Source: Eledone cirrhosa (taxonomy: Eukaryota). Taken from it: a stretch of DNA of 64,000 nucleotides. The stretch lies in assembly GCA_964016885.1 (NCBI GenBank), contig OZ024757.1:13392001-13456000 (forward strand). Reading direction: 5' to 3'. The notes under the pieces are model-generated. The model was not told the DNA's origin and did not search any database. It saw only the letters and a program-made list of their open reading frames with translations. Numbering within the stretch: position 1 is the first letter of the stretch; every line of letters begins with the position of its first letter. Below are positions 1 to 15,000 of the stretch, in pieces. A program made the position numbers and the translations under genes.

Positions 1-3000
1 TGGTAACTGGGAGTAGTTAGTAGGTTAGACATGTAGAAGTAGTATCGACTGTGGATGGTGTACTGGGAGTAGTTAGTAGGTTAGACATGTAGAAGTGGTA
101 CTAACTGTGGTTGGTGTACTGGGAGTAGTTAGTAGGTTAGACATGTAGAAGTGGTACCAACTGTGGTTGGTGTACTGGGAGTCGTTAGTAGGTTAGACAT
201 GTAGTAGTGGTACCAAATGTGGTTGGTACACTAGGACTAGTTAGTAGGTCAGACATGTACTAGTTGTACCGACTGTGGTTGGTGTACTGGGAGTAGTTAG
301 TAGGTTATACATGTAGTAGTGGTACCAACTGTGGTTGGTACACTAGTAGTTAGTAGGTTAGACATGTAGTAGTTGTACCAACTGTGGTTGGTGTACTGGG
401 AGTAGTTAGTAGGTTAGACATGTAGTAGTGATACCAACTGTGGTTGGTACACTAGTAGTTAGTAGGTTAGACATGTAGTAGTGGTACCGACTGTGGTTGG
501 TGTACTGGGAGTAGTTAGTAGGTTAGACATGTAGAAGTGGTACCAATTGCAGTTGGTACACTGGGAGTAGTTAGTAGGTTAGATATGTAGAAGTAGTATC
601 GACTGTGGTTGGTGTACTGGGGGGTAGTTAGCAGGTTAGACATGTTGTAGTGGTACCAACTGTGGTTGGTTTACTGGGAGTAGTTAGTAGGTTAGGCATC
701 TAGAAGTGGTACCGACTGTGGTTGGTGTACTGGGAGGAGTTAGCAGGTTAGACATGTTGTAGTGGTACCGACTGTGGTTGGTGTACTGGGAGTAGTTAGT
801 AGGTTAGACATGTAGTAGTGGTACCAACTGTGGTTGGTACACTGGGAGTAGTTAGTAGGTTAGACATGTAGAAGTGGTACCGACTGTGGTTGGTGTACTG
901 GGAGTAGTTAGTAGGTTAGACATGTAGTAGTGGTACCAACTGTGGTTGGTACACTAGTAGTTAGTAGGTTAGACATGTAGTAGTGGTACCAACTGTTGTT
1001 GGTGTACTGGGAGTAGTTAGTAGGTTAGACATGTAGAAGTGGTACCAACTGTGGTTGGTGTACTGGGAGTAGTTAGTAGGTTAGACATGTAGTAGTGGTA
1101 CCGACTGTGGTTGGTACACTGGGAGTAGTTATTAGGTTAGGCATGTAGTAGCGGTACCAATTGTGGTTGGTACACTAGGAGTTGTTAGTAGGTCAGACAT
1201 GTAATAGTTGTACCGACTGTGGTTGTTGTACTGGGAGTAGTTAGTAGGTTAGACATGTAGTAGTGGTACCAACTGTGGTTGGTACACTAGTAGTTAGTAG
1301 GTTAGACATGTAGTAGTGGTACCGACTGTGGATGGTGTACTGGGAGTAGTTAGTAGGTTAGACATGTAGTAGTGGTACCAACTGTGGTTGGTACACTAGT
1401 AGTTAGTAGGTTAGACATGTAGAAGTGGTACCAATTGTGGTTGGTACACTAGGAGCAGTTAGTAGGTTAGACATGTAGAAGTGGTACCAACTGTGGTTGG
1501 TGTACTGGGAGTAGTTACTAGGTTAGACATGTAGTAGTGGTACCAACTGTGGTTGGTACACTAGTAGTTAGTAGGTTAGACATGTAGAAGTGGTACCAAT
1601 TGTGGTTGGTACACTAGGAGCAGTTAGTAGGTTAGACATGTAGAAGTGGTACCAATTGTGGTTGGTGTACTGGGAATAGTTAGTAGGTTAGACATGTAGA
1701 AGTAGTACCAATTGTGGTTGGTACACTAGGAGCAGTTAGTAGGTTAGACATGTAGAAGTGGTTCCAATTGTGGTTGGTTCACTAGGAGCAGTTAGTAGGT
1801 TAGACATGTAGAAGTGGTACCAATTGTGGTTGGTACACTAGGAGCAGTTAGTAGGTTAGACATGTAGTAGTGGTACCGACTGTGGTTGGCGTACTGGAAG
1901 TAGTTAGTAGGTTAGACATGTAGTAGTGGTACCGACTGTGGTTGGTGTACTGGGAGTAGTTAGTAGGTTAGACATGTAGAAGTGGTACCGACTGTGGTTG
2001 GTACACAGGGAGTAGTTAGTAGGTTAGACATGTAGAAGTGGTACCGACTGTGGTTGGTACACTTGGAGTAGTTAGTAGGTTAGACATGTAGAAGTGGTAC
2101 CAACTGTGGTTGGTACACTGGGAGCAGTTAGTAGGTTAGACATGTAGAAGTGGTACCAACTGTGGTTGGTGTACTTGGAGTAGTTAGTAGGTTAGACATG
2201 TAGTCGAGGTACCAACTGTGGTTGGTAGACTGGGAGTAGTTAGTAGGTTAGACATGTAGTAGTGGTACCAATTGTGGTTGGTACACTAGGAGTAGTTAGT
2301 AGGTTAGATATGTAGAAGTAGTATACACTGTGGTTGTTGTACTGGGAGTAGTTAGTATGTTAGACATGTAGTAGGTTAGACATGTAGTAGTGGTACCAAC
2401 TGTAGTTGGTACACTGGGAGTGGTTAGTAGGTTAGACATGTGTACTGGGAGTAGTTAGTAGGTTAGACATGTAGAAGTAGTATCGACTGTGGATGGTGTA
2501 CTGGGAGTAGTTAGTAAGTTAGACATGTAGAAGTGGTACTAACTGTGGTTGGTGTACTGGGAGTAGTTAGTAGGGTAGACATGTAGTAGTGGTACCAAAT
2601 GAGGTTGGTACACTAGGACTAGTTAGTAGGTCAGACATGTAGTAGTTGTACCGACTGTGGTTGGTGTACTGGGACTAGTTAGTAGGTTAGACATGTAGTA
2701 GTGGTACCAACTGTGGTTGGTACACTAGTAGTTAGTAGGTTAGACATGTAGTAGTTGTACCAACTTTGGTTGGTGTACTGGGAGTAGTTAGTAGGTTAGA
2801 CATGTAGTAGTGATACCAACTGTGGTTGGTACACTAGTAGTTAGTAGGTTAGACATGTAGTAGTGGTACCGACTGTGGTTGGTGTACTGGGAGTAGTTAG
2901 TAGGTTAGACATGTAGAAGTGGTACCAATTGCAGTTGGTACACTGGGAGTAGTTAGTAGGTTAGATATGTAGAAGTAGTATCGACTGTGGTTGGTGTACT

Positions 3001-6000
3001 GGGAGGAGTTAGCAGGTTAGACATGTTGTAGTGGTACCGACTGTGGTTGGTGTACTGGGAGTAGTTAGTAGGTTAGACATGTAGTAGTGGTACCAACTGT
3101 GGTTGGTACACTGGGAGTAGTTAGTAGGTTAGACATGTTGTAGTGGTACCGACTGTGGTTGGTGTACTGGGAGTAGTTAGTAGGTTAGACATGTAGTAGT
3201 GGAACCAACTGTGGTTGGTACACTAGTAGTTAGTAGGTTAGACATGTAGTAGTGGTACCGACTGTGGTTGGTGTACTGGGAGTAGTTAGTAGGTTAGACA
3301 TGTAGTAGTGGTACCAACTGTGGTTGGTACACTAGTAGTTAGTAGGTTAGACATGTAGTAGTGGTACCGACTGTGGTTGGTGTACTGGGAGTAGTTAGCA
3401 GGTTAGACATGTTGTAGTGGTACCAACTGTGGTTCGTGTACTGGGAGTAGTTAGTAGGTTAGACATGTAGTAGTGGTACCAACTGTGGTTGGTGTACTGG
3501 GGGTAGTTAGCAGGTTAGACATGTTGTAGTGGTACCAACCGTGGTTGGTGTACTGGGAGTAGTTAGTAGGTTAGACATGTAGTAGTGGTACCAACTGTGG
3601 TTGGTGTACTGGGAGTAGTTAGTAGGTTAGACATATAGAAGTGGTACCGACTGTGGTTGGTGTTCTGGGGGGTAGTTAGCAGGTTAGACATGTTGTAGTG
3701 GTACCAACTGTGGTTGGTTTACTGGGAGTAGTTAGTAGGTTAGGCATCTAGAAGTGGTACCAACTGTGGTTGGTGTACTGGGGGTAGTTAGCAGATTAGA
3801 CATGTTGTAGCGGTCCCGACTGTGGTTGGTGTTCTGGGAGTAGTTAGTAGGTTAGACATGTAGAAGTGGTACCACATGTGGTTGGTGTACTGGGAGTAGT
3901 TAGTAGGTTAGACATATAGTAGTGGTACCGACTGTGGTTGGTACACTGGGAGTAGTTAGTAGGTTAGACATATAGTAGTGGTACCGACTGTGGTTGGTAC
4001 ACTGGGAGTAGTTAGTAGGTTAGACATGTAGTAGTCGTACCAACTGTAGTTGGTTTACTGGGAGTAGTTAGTAGGTTAGACATGTAGTAGCGGTACCGAC
4101 TGTGGTTGGTGTTCTGGGAGTAGTTAGTAGGTTAGACATGTAGAAGTGGTACCACATGTGGTTGGTGTACTGGGAGTAGTTAGTAGGTTAGACATATAGT
4201 AGTGGTACCGACTGTGGTTGGTACACTGGGAGTAGTTAGTAGGTTAGACATATAGTAGTGGTACCGACTGTGGTTGGTACACTGGAAGTAGTTAGTAGGT
4301 TAGACATGTAGTAGTGGTATCAACTGTGGTTGGTTTACTGGGAGTAGTTAGTAGGTTAGACATGTAGTAGTGGTACCAATTGTGGTTGGTGTACTGGGAG
4401 TAGTTAGTAGGTTAGACATATAGAAGTGGTACCGGCTGTGGTTGGTACACTGGGAGTAGTTAGTAGGTTAGACATGTAGAAGTGGTATCAACTGTGGTTG
4501 GTGTACCGGGAGTAGTTAGTAGGTTAGACATGTAGAAGTGGTACCAATTGCAGTTGGTACACTGGGAGTAGTTATTAGGTTAGACACGTAGTAGTGGTAC
4601 CGACTGTGGTTGGTACACTGGGAGTAGTTAGTAGGTTAGAAATGTAGTAGTGGGACCAACTGTGGCTGGTCTACTGGGAGTAGTTAAGAGGTTAGACATG
4701 TACTAGTGGTACCAACTGTGGTTGGTGTACTGGGAGTAGTTAGTAGGTTAGACATGTAGTATTGGTACCAAATGTGGTTGGTACACTAGGAGTAGTTAGT
4801 AGGTCAGACATGTAGAAGTGGTACCAATTGCAGTTGGTACACTGGGAGTAGTTAGTAGGTTAGACACGTAGTAGTGGTACCGACTGTGGTTGGTGTACTG
4901 GGAGTAGTTAGTAGGTAGACATGTAGTAGTGGTACCAACTGTGGTTGGTGTACTGGGCGTAGTTAGTAGGTTAGACATGTAGAAGTAGTATCGACTGTGG
5001 TTGGTACACTGGGAGTAGTTAGTAGGTTCCACATGTAGTAGTGGTACCAACTGTGGTTGGTGTACTGGGAGTAGTTAGTAGGTTAGAAATATAGTAGTGG
5101 TACCGACTGTGGTTTGTACACTGGGAGTAGTTAGTAGGTTAGACATATAGTAGTGGTACCGACTGTGGTTGGTACACTGGGAGTAGTTAGTAGGTTAGAC
5201 ATGTAGTAGTGGTACCAACTGTGGTTGGTTTACAGGGAGTAGTTAGTAGGTTAGACATGTAGTAGTGGTACCAATTGTGGTTGGTGTACTGGGAGTAGTT
5301 AGTAGGTTACACATGTAGTAGTGGTACCGACTGTGGTTGCTACACAGGGAGTAGTTAGTAGGTTAGACATGGAGTAGTGGTACCAACTGTGGTTGGTCTA
5401 CTGAGAGTAGTTAGTAGGTTAGACATGTAGTAGTGGTACCAACTGTGGTTGGTGTACTGGGATTAGTTAGTAGGATAGACATGTAGTATTGGTACCAACT
5501 GTGGTTGGTACATTAGGAGTAGTTAGTAGGTTAGACATGTAGAAGTGGTACCAATTGCAGTTGGTACACTGGGAGTAGTTAGTAGGTTAGACATGTAGAA
5601 GTGGTACTAACTGTGGTTGGTGTACTGGGAGTAGTTAGTAGGTTAGACATGTAGAAGTGGTACCAACTGTGGTTGGTGTACTGGGAGTAGTTAGTAGATT
5701 AGACATGTAGTAGTGGTACCGACTGTGGTTGGTGTACTGGGAGTAGTTAGTAGGTTAGACATGTAGTAGTGGTACCAACTGTGGTTGGTACACTGGGAGT
5801 AGTTAGTAGGTTAGACATGTAGTAGTGGTACCAATTGTGGTTGGTACACTAGGAGTAGTTAGTAGGTCAGACATGTAGTAGTTGTACCGACTGTGGTTGG
5901 TGTACTGGGAGTAGTTAGTAGGTTAGAAATGTAGTAGTGGTACCAACCGTGGTTGGTACACTAGTAGTTAGTAGGTAAGACATGTTGTAGTGGTACCGAC

Positions 6001-9000
6001 TGTGGTTGGTGTACTGGGAGTAGTTAGTAGGTTAGGCATGTAGAAGTGGTACCAACTGTGGTTGGTGTACTGGGAGTAGTTAGTAGGTTAGTCAACTAGA
6101 AGTGGTACCAACTGTGGTTGGTGTACTGGGAGTAGTTAGTATGATAGACATGTAGTAGGTTAGACATGTAGTAGTGGTACCAACTGTGGTTGGTACACTG
6201 GGAGTAGTTAGTAGGTTAGACATGTAATAGTGGTAACAACTGTGGTTGGTGTACTGGGAGTAGTTAGTAGCTTAGACATGTAGAAGTGGTACCAATTGCA
6301 GTTGGTAACTGGGAGTAGTTAGTAGGTTAGACATGTAGAAGTAGTATCGACTGTGGATGGTGTACTGGGAGTAGTTAGTAGGTTAGACATGTAGAAGTGG
6401 TACTAACTGTGGTTGGTGTACTGGGAGTAGTTAGTAGGTTAGACATGTAGAAGTGGTACCAACTGTGGTTGGTGTACTGGGAGTCGTTAGTAGGTTAGAC
6501 ATGTAGTAGTGGTACCAAATGTGGTTGGTACACTAGGACTAGTTAGTAGGTCAGACATGTACTAGTTGTACCGACTGTGGTTGGTGTACTGGGAGTAGTT
6601 AGTAGGTTATACATGTAGTAGTGGTACCAACTGTGGTTGGTACACTAGTAGTTAGTAGGTTAGACATGTAGTAGTTGTACCAACTGTGGTTGGTGTACTG
6701 GGAGTAGTTAGTAGGTTAGACATGTAGTAGTGATACCAACTGTGGTTGGTACACTAGTAGTTAGTAGGTTAGACATGTAGTAGTGGTACCGACTGTGGTT
6801 GGTGTACTGGGAGTAGTTAGTAGGTTAGACATGTAGAAGTGGTACCAATTGCAGTTGGTACACTGGGAGTAGTTAGTAGGTTAGATATGTAGAAGTAGTA
6901 TCGACTGTGGTTGGTGTACTGGGGGGTAGTTAGCAGGTTAGACATGTTGTAGTGGTACCAACTGTGGTTGGTTTACTGGGAGTAGTTAGTAGGTTAGGCA
7001 TCTAGAAGTGGTACCGACTGTGGTTGGTGTACTGGGAGGAGTTAGCAGGTTAGACATGTTGTAGTGGTACCGACTGTGGTTGGTGTACTGGGAGTAGTTA
7101 GTAGGTTAGACATGTAGTAGTGGTACCAACTGTGGTTGGTACACTGGGAGTAGTTAGTAGGTTAGACATGTAGAAGTGGTACCGACTGTGGTTGGTGTAC
7201 TGGGAGTAGTTAGTAGGTTAGACATGTAGTAGTGGTACCAACTGTGGTTGGTACACTAGTAGTTAGTAGGTTAGACATGTAGTAGTGGTACCAACTGTTG
7301 TTGGTGTACTGGGAGTAGTTAGTAGGTTAGACATGTAGAAGTGGTACCAACTGTGGTTGGTGTACTGGGAGTAGTTAGTAGGTTAGACATGTAGTAGTGG
7401 TACCGACTGTGGTTGGTACACTGGGAGTAGTTATTAGGTTAGGCATGTAGTAGCGGTACCAATTGTGGTTGGTACACTAGGAGTTGTTAGTAGGTCAGAC
7501 ATGTAATAGTTGTACCGACTGTGGTTGTTGTACTGGGAGTAGTTAGTAGGTTAGACATGTAGTAGTGGTACCAACTGTGGTTGGTACACTAGTAGTTAGT
7601 AGGTTAGACATGTAGTAGTGGTACCGACTGTGGATGGTGTACTGGGAGTAGTTAGTAGGTTAGACATGTAGTAGTGGTACCAACTGTGGTTGGTACACTA
7701 GTAGTTAGTAGGTTAGACATGTAGAAGTGGTACCAATTGTGGTTGGTACACTAGGAGCAGTTAGTAGGTTAGACATGTAGAAGTGGTACCAACTGTGGTT
7801 GGTGTACTGGGAGTAGTTACTAGGTTAGACATGTAGTAGTGGTACCAACTGTGGTTGGTACACTAGTAGTTAGTAGGTTAGACATGTAGAAGTGGTACCA
7901 ATTGTGGTTGGTACACTAGGAGCAGTTAGTAGGTTAGACATGTAGAAGTGGTACCAATTGTGGTTGGTGTACTGGGAATAGTTAGTAGGTTAGACATGTA
8001 GAAGTAGTACCAATTGTGGTTGGTACACTAGGAGCAGTTAGTAGGTTAGACATGTAGAAGTGGTTCCAATTGTGGTTGGTTCACTAGGAGCAGTTAGTAG
8101 GTTAGACATGTAGAAGTGGTACCAATTGTGGTTGGTACACTAGGAGCAGTTAGTAGGTTAGACATGTAGTAGTGGTACCGACTGTGGTTGGCGTACTGGA
8201 AGTAGTTAGTAGGTTAGACATGTAGTAGTGGTACCGACTGTGGTTGGTGTACTGGGAGTAGTTAGTAGGTTAGACATGTAGAAGTGGTACCGACTGTGGT
8301 TGGTACACAGGGAGTAGTTAGTAGGTTAGACATGTAGAAGTGGTACCGACTGTGGTTGGTACACTTGGAGTAGTTAGTAGGTTAGACATGTAGAAGTGGT
8401 ACCAACTGTGGTTGGTACACTGGGAGCAGTTAGTAGGTTAGACATGTAGAAGTGGTACCAACTGTGGTTGGTGTACTTGGAGTAGTTAGTAGGTTAGACA
8501 TGTAGTCGAGGTACCAACTGTGGTTGGTAGACTGGGAGTAGTTAGTAGGTTAGACATGTAGTAGTGGTACCAATTGTGGTTGGTACACTAGGAGTAGTTA
8601 GTAGGTTAGATATGTAGAAGTAGTATACACTGTGGTTGTTGTACTGGGAGTAGTTAGTATGTTAGACATGTAGTAGGTTAGACATGTAGTAGTGGTACCA
8701 ACTGTAGTTGGTACACTGGGAGTGGTTAGTAGGTTAGACATGTGTACTGGGAGTAGTTAGTAGGTTAGACATGTAGAAGTAGTATCGACTGTGGATGGTG
8801 TACTGGGAGTAGTTAGTAAGTTAGACATGTAGAAGTGGTACTAACTGTGGTTGGTGTACTGGGAGTAGTTAGTAGGGTAGACATGTAGTAGTGGTACCAA
8901 ATGAGGTTGGTACACTAGGACTAGTTAGTAGGTCAGACATGTAGTAGTTGTACCGACTGTGGTTGGTGTACTGGGACTAGTTAGTAGGTTAGACATGTAG

Positions 9001-12000
9001 TAGTGGTACCAACTGTGGTTGGTACACTAGTAGTTAGTAGGTTAGACATGTAGTAGTTGTACCAACTTTGGTTGGTGTACTGGGAGTAGTTAGTAGGTTA
9101 GACATGTAGTAGTGATACCAACTGTGGTTGGTACACTAGTAGTTAGTAGGTTAGACATGTAGTAGTGGTACCGACTGTGGTTGGTGTACTGGGAGTAGTT
9201 AGTAGGTTAGACATGTAGAAGTGGTACCAATTGCAGTTGGTACACTGGGAGTAGTTAGTAGGTTAGATATGTAGAAGTAGTATCGACTGTGGTTGGTGTA
9301 CTGGGAGGAGTTAGCAGGTTAGACATGTTGTAGTGGTACCGACTGTGGTTGGTGTACTGGGAGTAGTTAGTAGGTTAGACATGTAGTAGTGGTACCAACT
9401 GTGGTTGGTACACTGGGAGTAGTTAGTAGGTTAGACATGTTGTAGTGGTACCGACTGTGGTTGGTGTACTGGGAGTAGTTAGTAGGTTAGACATGTAGTA
9501 GTGGAACCAACTGTGGTTGGTACACTAGTAGTTAGTAGGTTAGACATGTAGTAGTGGTACCGACTGTGGTTGGTGTACTGGGAGTAGTTAGTAGGTTAGA
9601 CATGTAGTAGTGGTACCAACTGTGGTTGGTACACTAGTAGTTAGTAGGTTAGACATGTAGTAGTGGTACCGACTGTGGTTGGTGTACTGGGAGTAGTTAG
9701 CAGGTTAGACATGTTGTAGTGGTACCAACTGTGGTTCGTGTACTGGGAGTAGTTAGTAGGTTAGACATGTAGTAGTGGTACCAACTGTGGTTGGTGTACT
9801 GGGAGTAGTTAGTAGGTTAGACATGTAGTAGTGGTACCAACTGTGGTTGGTGTACTGGGAGTAGTTAGTAGGTTAGACATGTAGTAGTGGCACCAACTGT
9901 GGTTGGTACACTGGGAGTAGTTAGTAGGTTAGACATGTAGTAGTGGTACCAATTGTGGTTGGTACACTAGGAGTAGTTAGTAGGTCAGACAGGTAGTAGT
10001 TGTACCGGCTGTGGTTTGTGTACTGGAAGTAGTTATTAGGTTAGACATGTAGTAGTGGTACCAACTGTGGTTGGTGTACTGGGGGTAGTTAGCAGGTTAG
10101 ACATGTTGTAGTGGTACCAACCGTGGTTGGTGTACTGGGAGTAGTTAGTAGGTTAGACATGTAGTAGTGGTACCAACTGTGGTTGGTGTACTGGGAGTAG
10201 TTAGTAGGTTAGACATATAGAAGTGGTACCGACTGTGGTTGGTGTACTGGGGGGTAGTTAGCAGGTTAGACATGTTGTAGTGGTACCAACTGTGGTTGGT
10301 TTACTGGGAGTAGTTAGTAGGTTAGGCATCTAGAAGTGGTACCAACTGTGGTTGGTGTACTGGGGGTAGTTAGCAGATTAGACATGTTGTAGTGGTACCA
10401 ACTGTGGTTTGTGTACTGGGAATAGTTATTAGGTTAGACCTGTAGTAGTGGTACCGACTGTGGTTGGTGTACTGGGAGTAGTTAGTAGGTTAGACATGTA
10501 GAAGTGGTACTAACAGTGGTTGGTGTACTGGGAGTAGTTAGTAGGTTAGACATGTAGTAGGTTAGACATGTAGTAGTGGCACCAACTGTGGTTGGTACAC
10601 TGGGAGTAGTTAGTAGGTTAGACATGTAGTAGTGGTACCAATTGTGGTTGGTACACTAGGAGTAGTTAGTAGGTCAGACAGGTAGTAGTTGTACCGGCTG
10701 TGGTTTGTGTACTGGAAGTAGTTATTAGGTTAGACATGTAGTAGGTACCAACTGTGGTTGGTACACTAGGAGTAGTTAGTAGGTTAGACATGTAGAAGTG
10801 GTACTAACTGTGGTTGGTGTACTGGGAGTAGTTAGTAGGTTAGAGATGTAGTAGTGGTACCAATTGTGGTTGGTACACTAGGAGTAGTTAGTAGGTCAGA
10901 CATGTAGTAGTTGTACCGACTGTGGTTGGTGTACTGGGAGTAGTTAGTAGGTTAGACATGTAGTAGTGGTACCGAGTGTGGTTGGTGTACTGGGAGTAGT
11001 TAGTAGGTTAGACATGTAGTAGTGGTACCGACTGTGGTTGTTGTACTGGGAGTAGTTAGAAGGTAGACATGTAGTAGTGGTACCAACTGTGGTTGGTACA
11101 CTGGGAGTAGTTAGTAGGTTAGACATGTAGTAGTGGTACAAATTGTGGTTGGTACACTAGGAGTAGTTAGTAGGTTAGATATGTAGTAATGGTACCAATT
11201 GTGGTTGGTGTACTGGGAGTAGTTAGTAGGTTAGACATGTAGTAGCGGTACCGACTGTGGTTGGTGTTCTGGGAGTAGTTAGTAGGTTAGACATGTAGAA
11301 GTGGTACCACATGTGGTTGGTGTACTGGGAGTAGTTAGTAGGTTAGACATATAGTAGTGGTACCGACTGTGGTTGGTACACTGGGAGTAGTTAGTAGGTT
11401 AGACATATAGTAGTGGTACCGACTGTGGTTGGTACACTGGGAGTAGTTAGTAGGTTAGACATGTAGTAGTCGTACCAACTGTGGTTGGTTTACTGGGAGT
11501 AGTTAGTAGGTTAGACATGTAGTAGCGGTACCGACTGTGGTTGGTGTTCTGGGAGTAGTTAGTAGGTTAGACATGTAGAAGTGGTACCACATGTGGTTGG
11601 TGTACTGGGAGTAGTTAGTAGGTTAGACATATAGTAGTGGTACCGACTGTGGTTGGTACACTGGGAGTAGTTAGTAGGTTAGACATATAGTAGTGGTACC
11701 GACTGTGGTTGGTACACTGGAAGTAGTTAGTAGGTTAGACATGTAGTAGTGGTACCAACTGTGGTTGGTTTACTGGGAGTAGTTAGTAGGTTAGACATGT
11801 AGTAGTGGTACCAATTGTGGTTGGTGTACTGGGAGTAGTTAGTAGGTTAGACATATAGAAGTGGTACCGGCTGTGGTTGGTACACTGGGAGTAGTTAGTA
11901 GGTTAGACATGTAGAAGTGGTATCAACTGTGGTTGGTGTACCGGGAGTAGTTAGTAGGTTAGACATGTAGAAGTGGTACCAATTGCAGTTGGTACACTGG

Positions 12001-15000
12001 GAGTAGTTATTAGGTTAGACACGTAGTAGTGGTACCGACTGTGGTTGGTACACTGGGAGTAGTTAGTAGGTTAGAAATGTAGTAGTGGGACCAACTGTGG
12101 CTGGTCTACTGGGAGTAGTTAGGAGGTTAGACATGTACTAGTGGTACCAACTGTGGTTGGTGTACTGGGAGTAGTTAGTAGGTTAGACATGTAGTATTGG
12201 TACCAAATGTGGTTGGTACACTAGGAGTAGTTAGTAGGTTAGACATGTAGAAGTGGTACCAATTGCAGTTGGTACACTGGGAGTAGTTAGTAGGTTAGAC
12301 ACGTAGTAGTGGTACCGACTGTGGTTGGTGTACTGGGAGTAGTTAGTAGGTAGACATGTAGTAGTGGTACCAACTGTGGTTGGTGTACTGGGCGTAGTTA
12401 GTAGGTTAGACATGTAGAAGTAGTATCGACTGTGGTTGGTACACTGGGAGTAGTTAGTAGGTTACACATGTAGTAGTGGTACCAACTGTGGTTGGTGTAC
12501 TGGGAGTAGTTAGTAGGTTAGAAATATAGTAGTGGTACCGACTGTGGTTTGTACACTGGGAGTAGTTAGTAGGTTAGACATATAGTAGTGGTACCGACTG
12601 TGGTTGGTACACTGGGAGTAGTTAGTAGGTTAGACATGTAGTAGTGGTACCAACTGTGGTTGGTTTACAGGGAGTAGTTAGTAGGTTAGACATGTAGTAG
12701 TGGTACCAATTGTGGTTGGTGTACTGGGAGTAGTTAGTAGGTTAGACATGTAGTAGTGGTACCGACTGTGGTTGGTACACAGGGAGTAGTTAGTAGGTTA
12801 GACATGGAGTAGTGGTACCAACTGTGGTTGGTCTACTGAGAGTAGTTAGTAGGTTAGACATGTAGTAGTGGTACCAACTGTGGTTGGTGTACTGGGAGTA
12901 GTTAGTAGGATAGACATGTAGTATTGGTACCAACTGTGGTTGGTACATTAGGAGTAGTTAGTAGGTTAGACATGTAGAAGTGGTACCAATTGCAGTTGGT
13001 ACACTGGGAGTAGTTAGTAGGTTAGACATGTACAAGTGGTACTAACTGTGGTTGGTGTACTGGGAGTAGTTAGTAGGTTAGACATGTAGAAGTGGTACCA
13101 ACTGTGGTTGGTGTACTGGGAGTAGTTAGTAGATTAGACATGTAGTAGTGGTACCGACTGTGGTTGGTGTACTGGGAGTAGTTAGTAGGTTAGACATGTA
13201 GTAGTGGTACCAACAGTGGTTGGTACACTGGGAGTAGTTAGTAGGTTAGACATGTAGTAGTGGTACCAATTGTGGTTGGTACACTAGGAGTAGTTAGTAG
13301 GTCAGACATGTAGTAGTTGTACCGACTGTGGTTGGTGTACTGGGAGTAGTTAGTAGGTTAGAAATGTAGTAGTGGTACCAACCGTGGTTGGTACACTAGT
13401 AGTTAGTAGGTAAGACATGTAGTAGTGGTACCGACTGTGGTTGGTGTACTGGGAGTAGTTAGTAGGTTAGGCATGTAGAAGTGGTACCAACTGTGGTTGG
13501 TGTACTGGGAGTAGTTAGTAGGTTAGTCAACTAGAAGTGGTACCAACTGTGGTTGGTGTACTGGGAGTAGTTAGTATGATAGACATGTAGTAGGTTAGAC
13601 ATGTAGTAGTGGTACCAACTGTGGTTGGTACACTGGGAGTAGTTAGTAGGTTAGACATGTAGTAGTGGTAACAACTGTGGTTGGTGTACTGGGAGTAGTT
13701 AGTAGCTTAGACATGTAGAAGTGGTACCAATTGCAGTTGGTACACTGGGAGTAGTTAGTAGGTTAGACATGTAGAAGTAGTATCGACTGTGGATGGTGTA
13801 CTGGGAGTAGTTAGTAGGTTAGACATGTAGAAGTGGTACTAACTGTGGTTGGTGTACTGGGAGTAGTTAGTAGGTTAGACATGTAGAAGTGGTACCAACT
13901 GTGGTTGGTGTACTGGGAGTCGTTAGTAGGTTAGACATGTAGTAGTGGTACCAAATGTGGTTGGTACACTAGGACTAGTTAGTAGGTCAGACATGTAGTA
14001 GTTGTACCGACTGTGGTTGGTGTACTGGGAGTAGTTAGTAGGTTATACATGTAGTAGTGGTACCAACTGTGGTTGGTACACTAGTAGTTAGTAGGTTAGA
14101 CATGTAGTAGTTGTACCAACTGTGGTTGGTGTACTGGGAGTAGTTAGTAGGTTAGACATGTAGTAGTGATACCAACTGTGGTTGGTACACTAGTAGTTAG
14201 TAGGGTAGACATGTAGTAGTGGTACCGACTGTGGTTGGTGTACTGGGAGTAGTTAGTAGGTTAGACATGTAGAAGTGGTTCCAATTGCAGTTGGTACACT
14301 GGGAGTAGTTAGTAGGTTAGATATGTAGAAGTAGTATCGACTGTGGTTGGTGTACTGGGAGGAGTTAGCAGGTTAGACATGTTGTAGTGGTACCGACTGT
14401 GGTTGGTGTACTGGGAGTAGTTAGTAGGTTAGACATGTAGTAGTGGTACCAACTGTGGTTGGTACACTGGGAGTAGTTAGTAGGTTAGACATGTAGAAGT
14501 GGTACCGACTGTGGTTGGTGTACTGGGAGGAGTTAGCAGGTTAGACATGTTGTAGTGGTACCGACTGTGGTTGGTGTACTGGGAGTAGTTAGTAGGTTAG
14601 ACATGTAGAAGTGGTACCAACTGTGGTTGGTGTACTGGGAGTAGTTAGTAGGTTAGACATGTAGTAGTGGTACCGACTGTGGTTGGTACACTGGGAGTAG
14701 TTATTAGGTTAGGCATGTAGTAGTGGTACCAATTGTGGTTGGTACACTAGGAGTTGTTAGTAGGTCAGACATGTAGTAGTTGTACCGACTGTGGTTGTTG
14801 TACTGGGAGTAGTTAGTAGGTTAGACATGTAGTAGTGGTACCAACTGTGGTTGGTACACTAGTAGTTAGTAGGTTAGACATGTAGTAGTGGTACCGACTG
14901 TGGATGGTGTACTGGGAGTAGTTAGTAGGTTAGGCATGTAGAAGTGGTACCAACTGTGGTTGGTGTACTGGGGGTAGTTACTAGGTTAGACATGTAGTAG

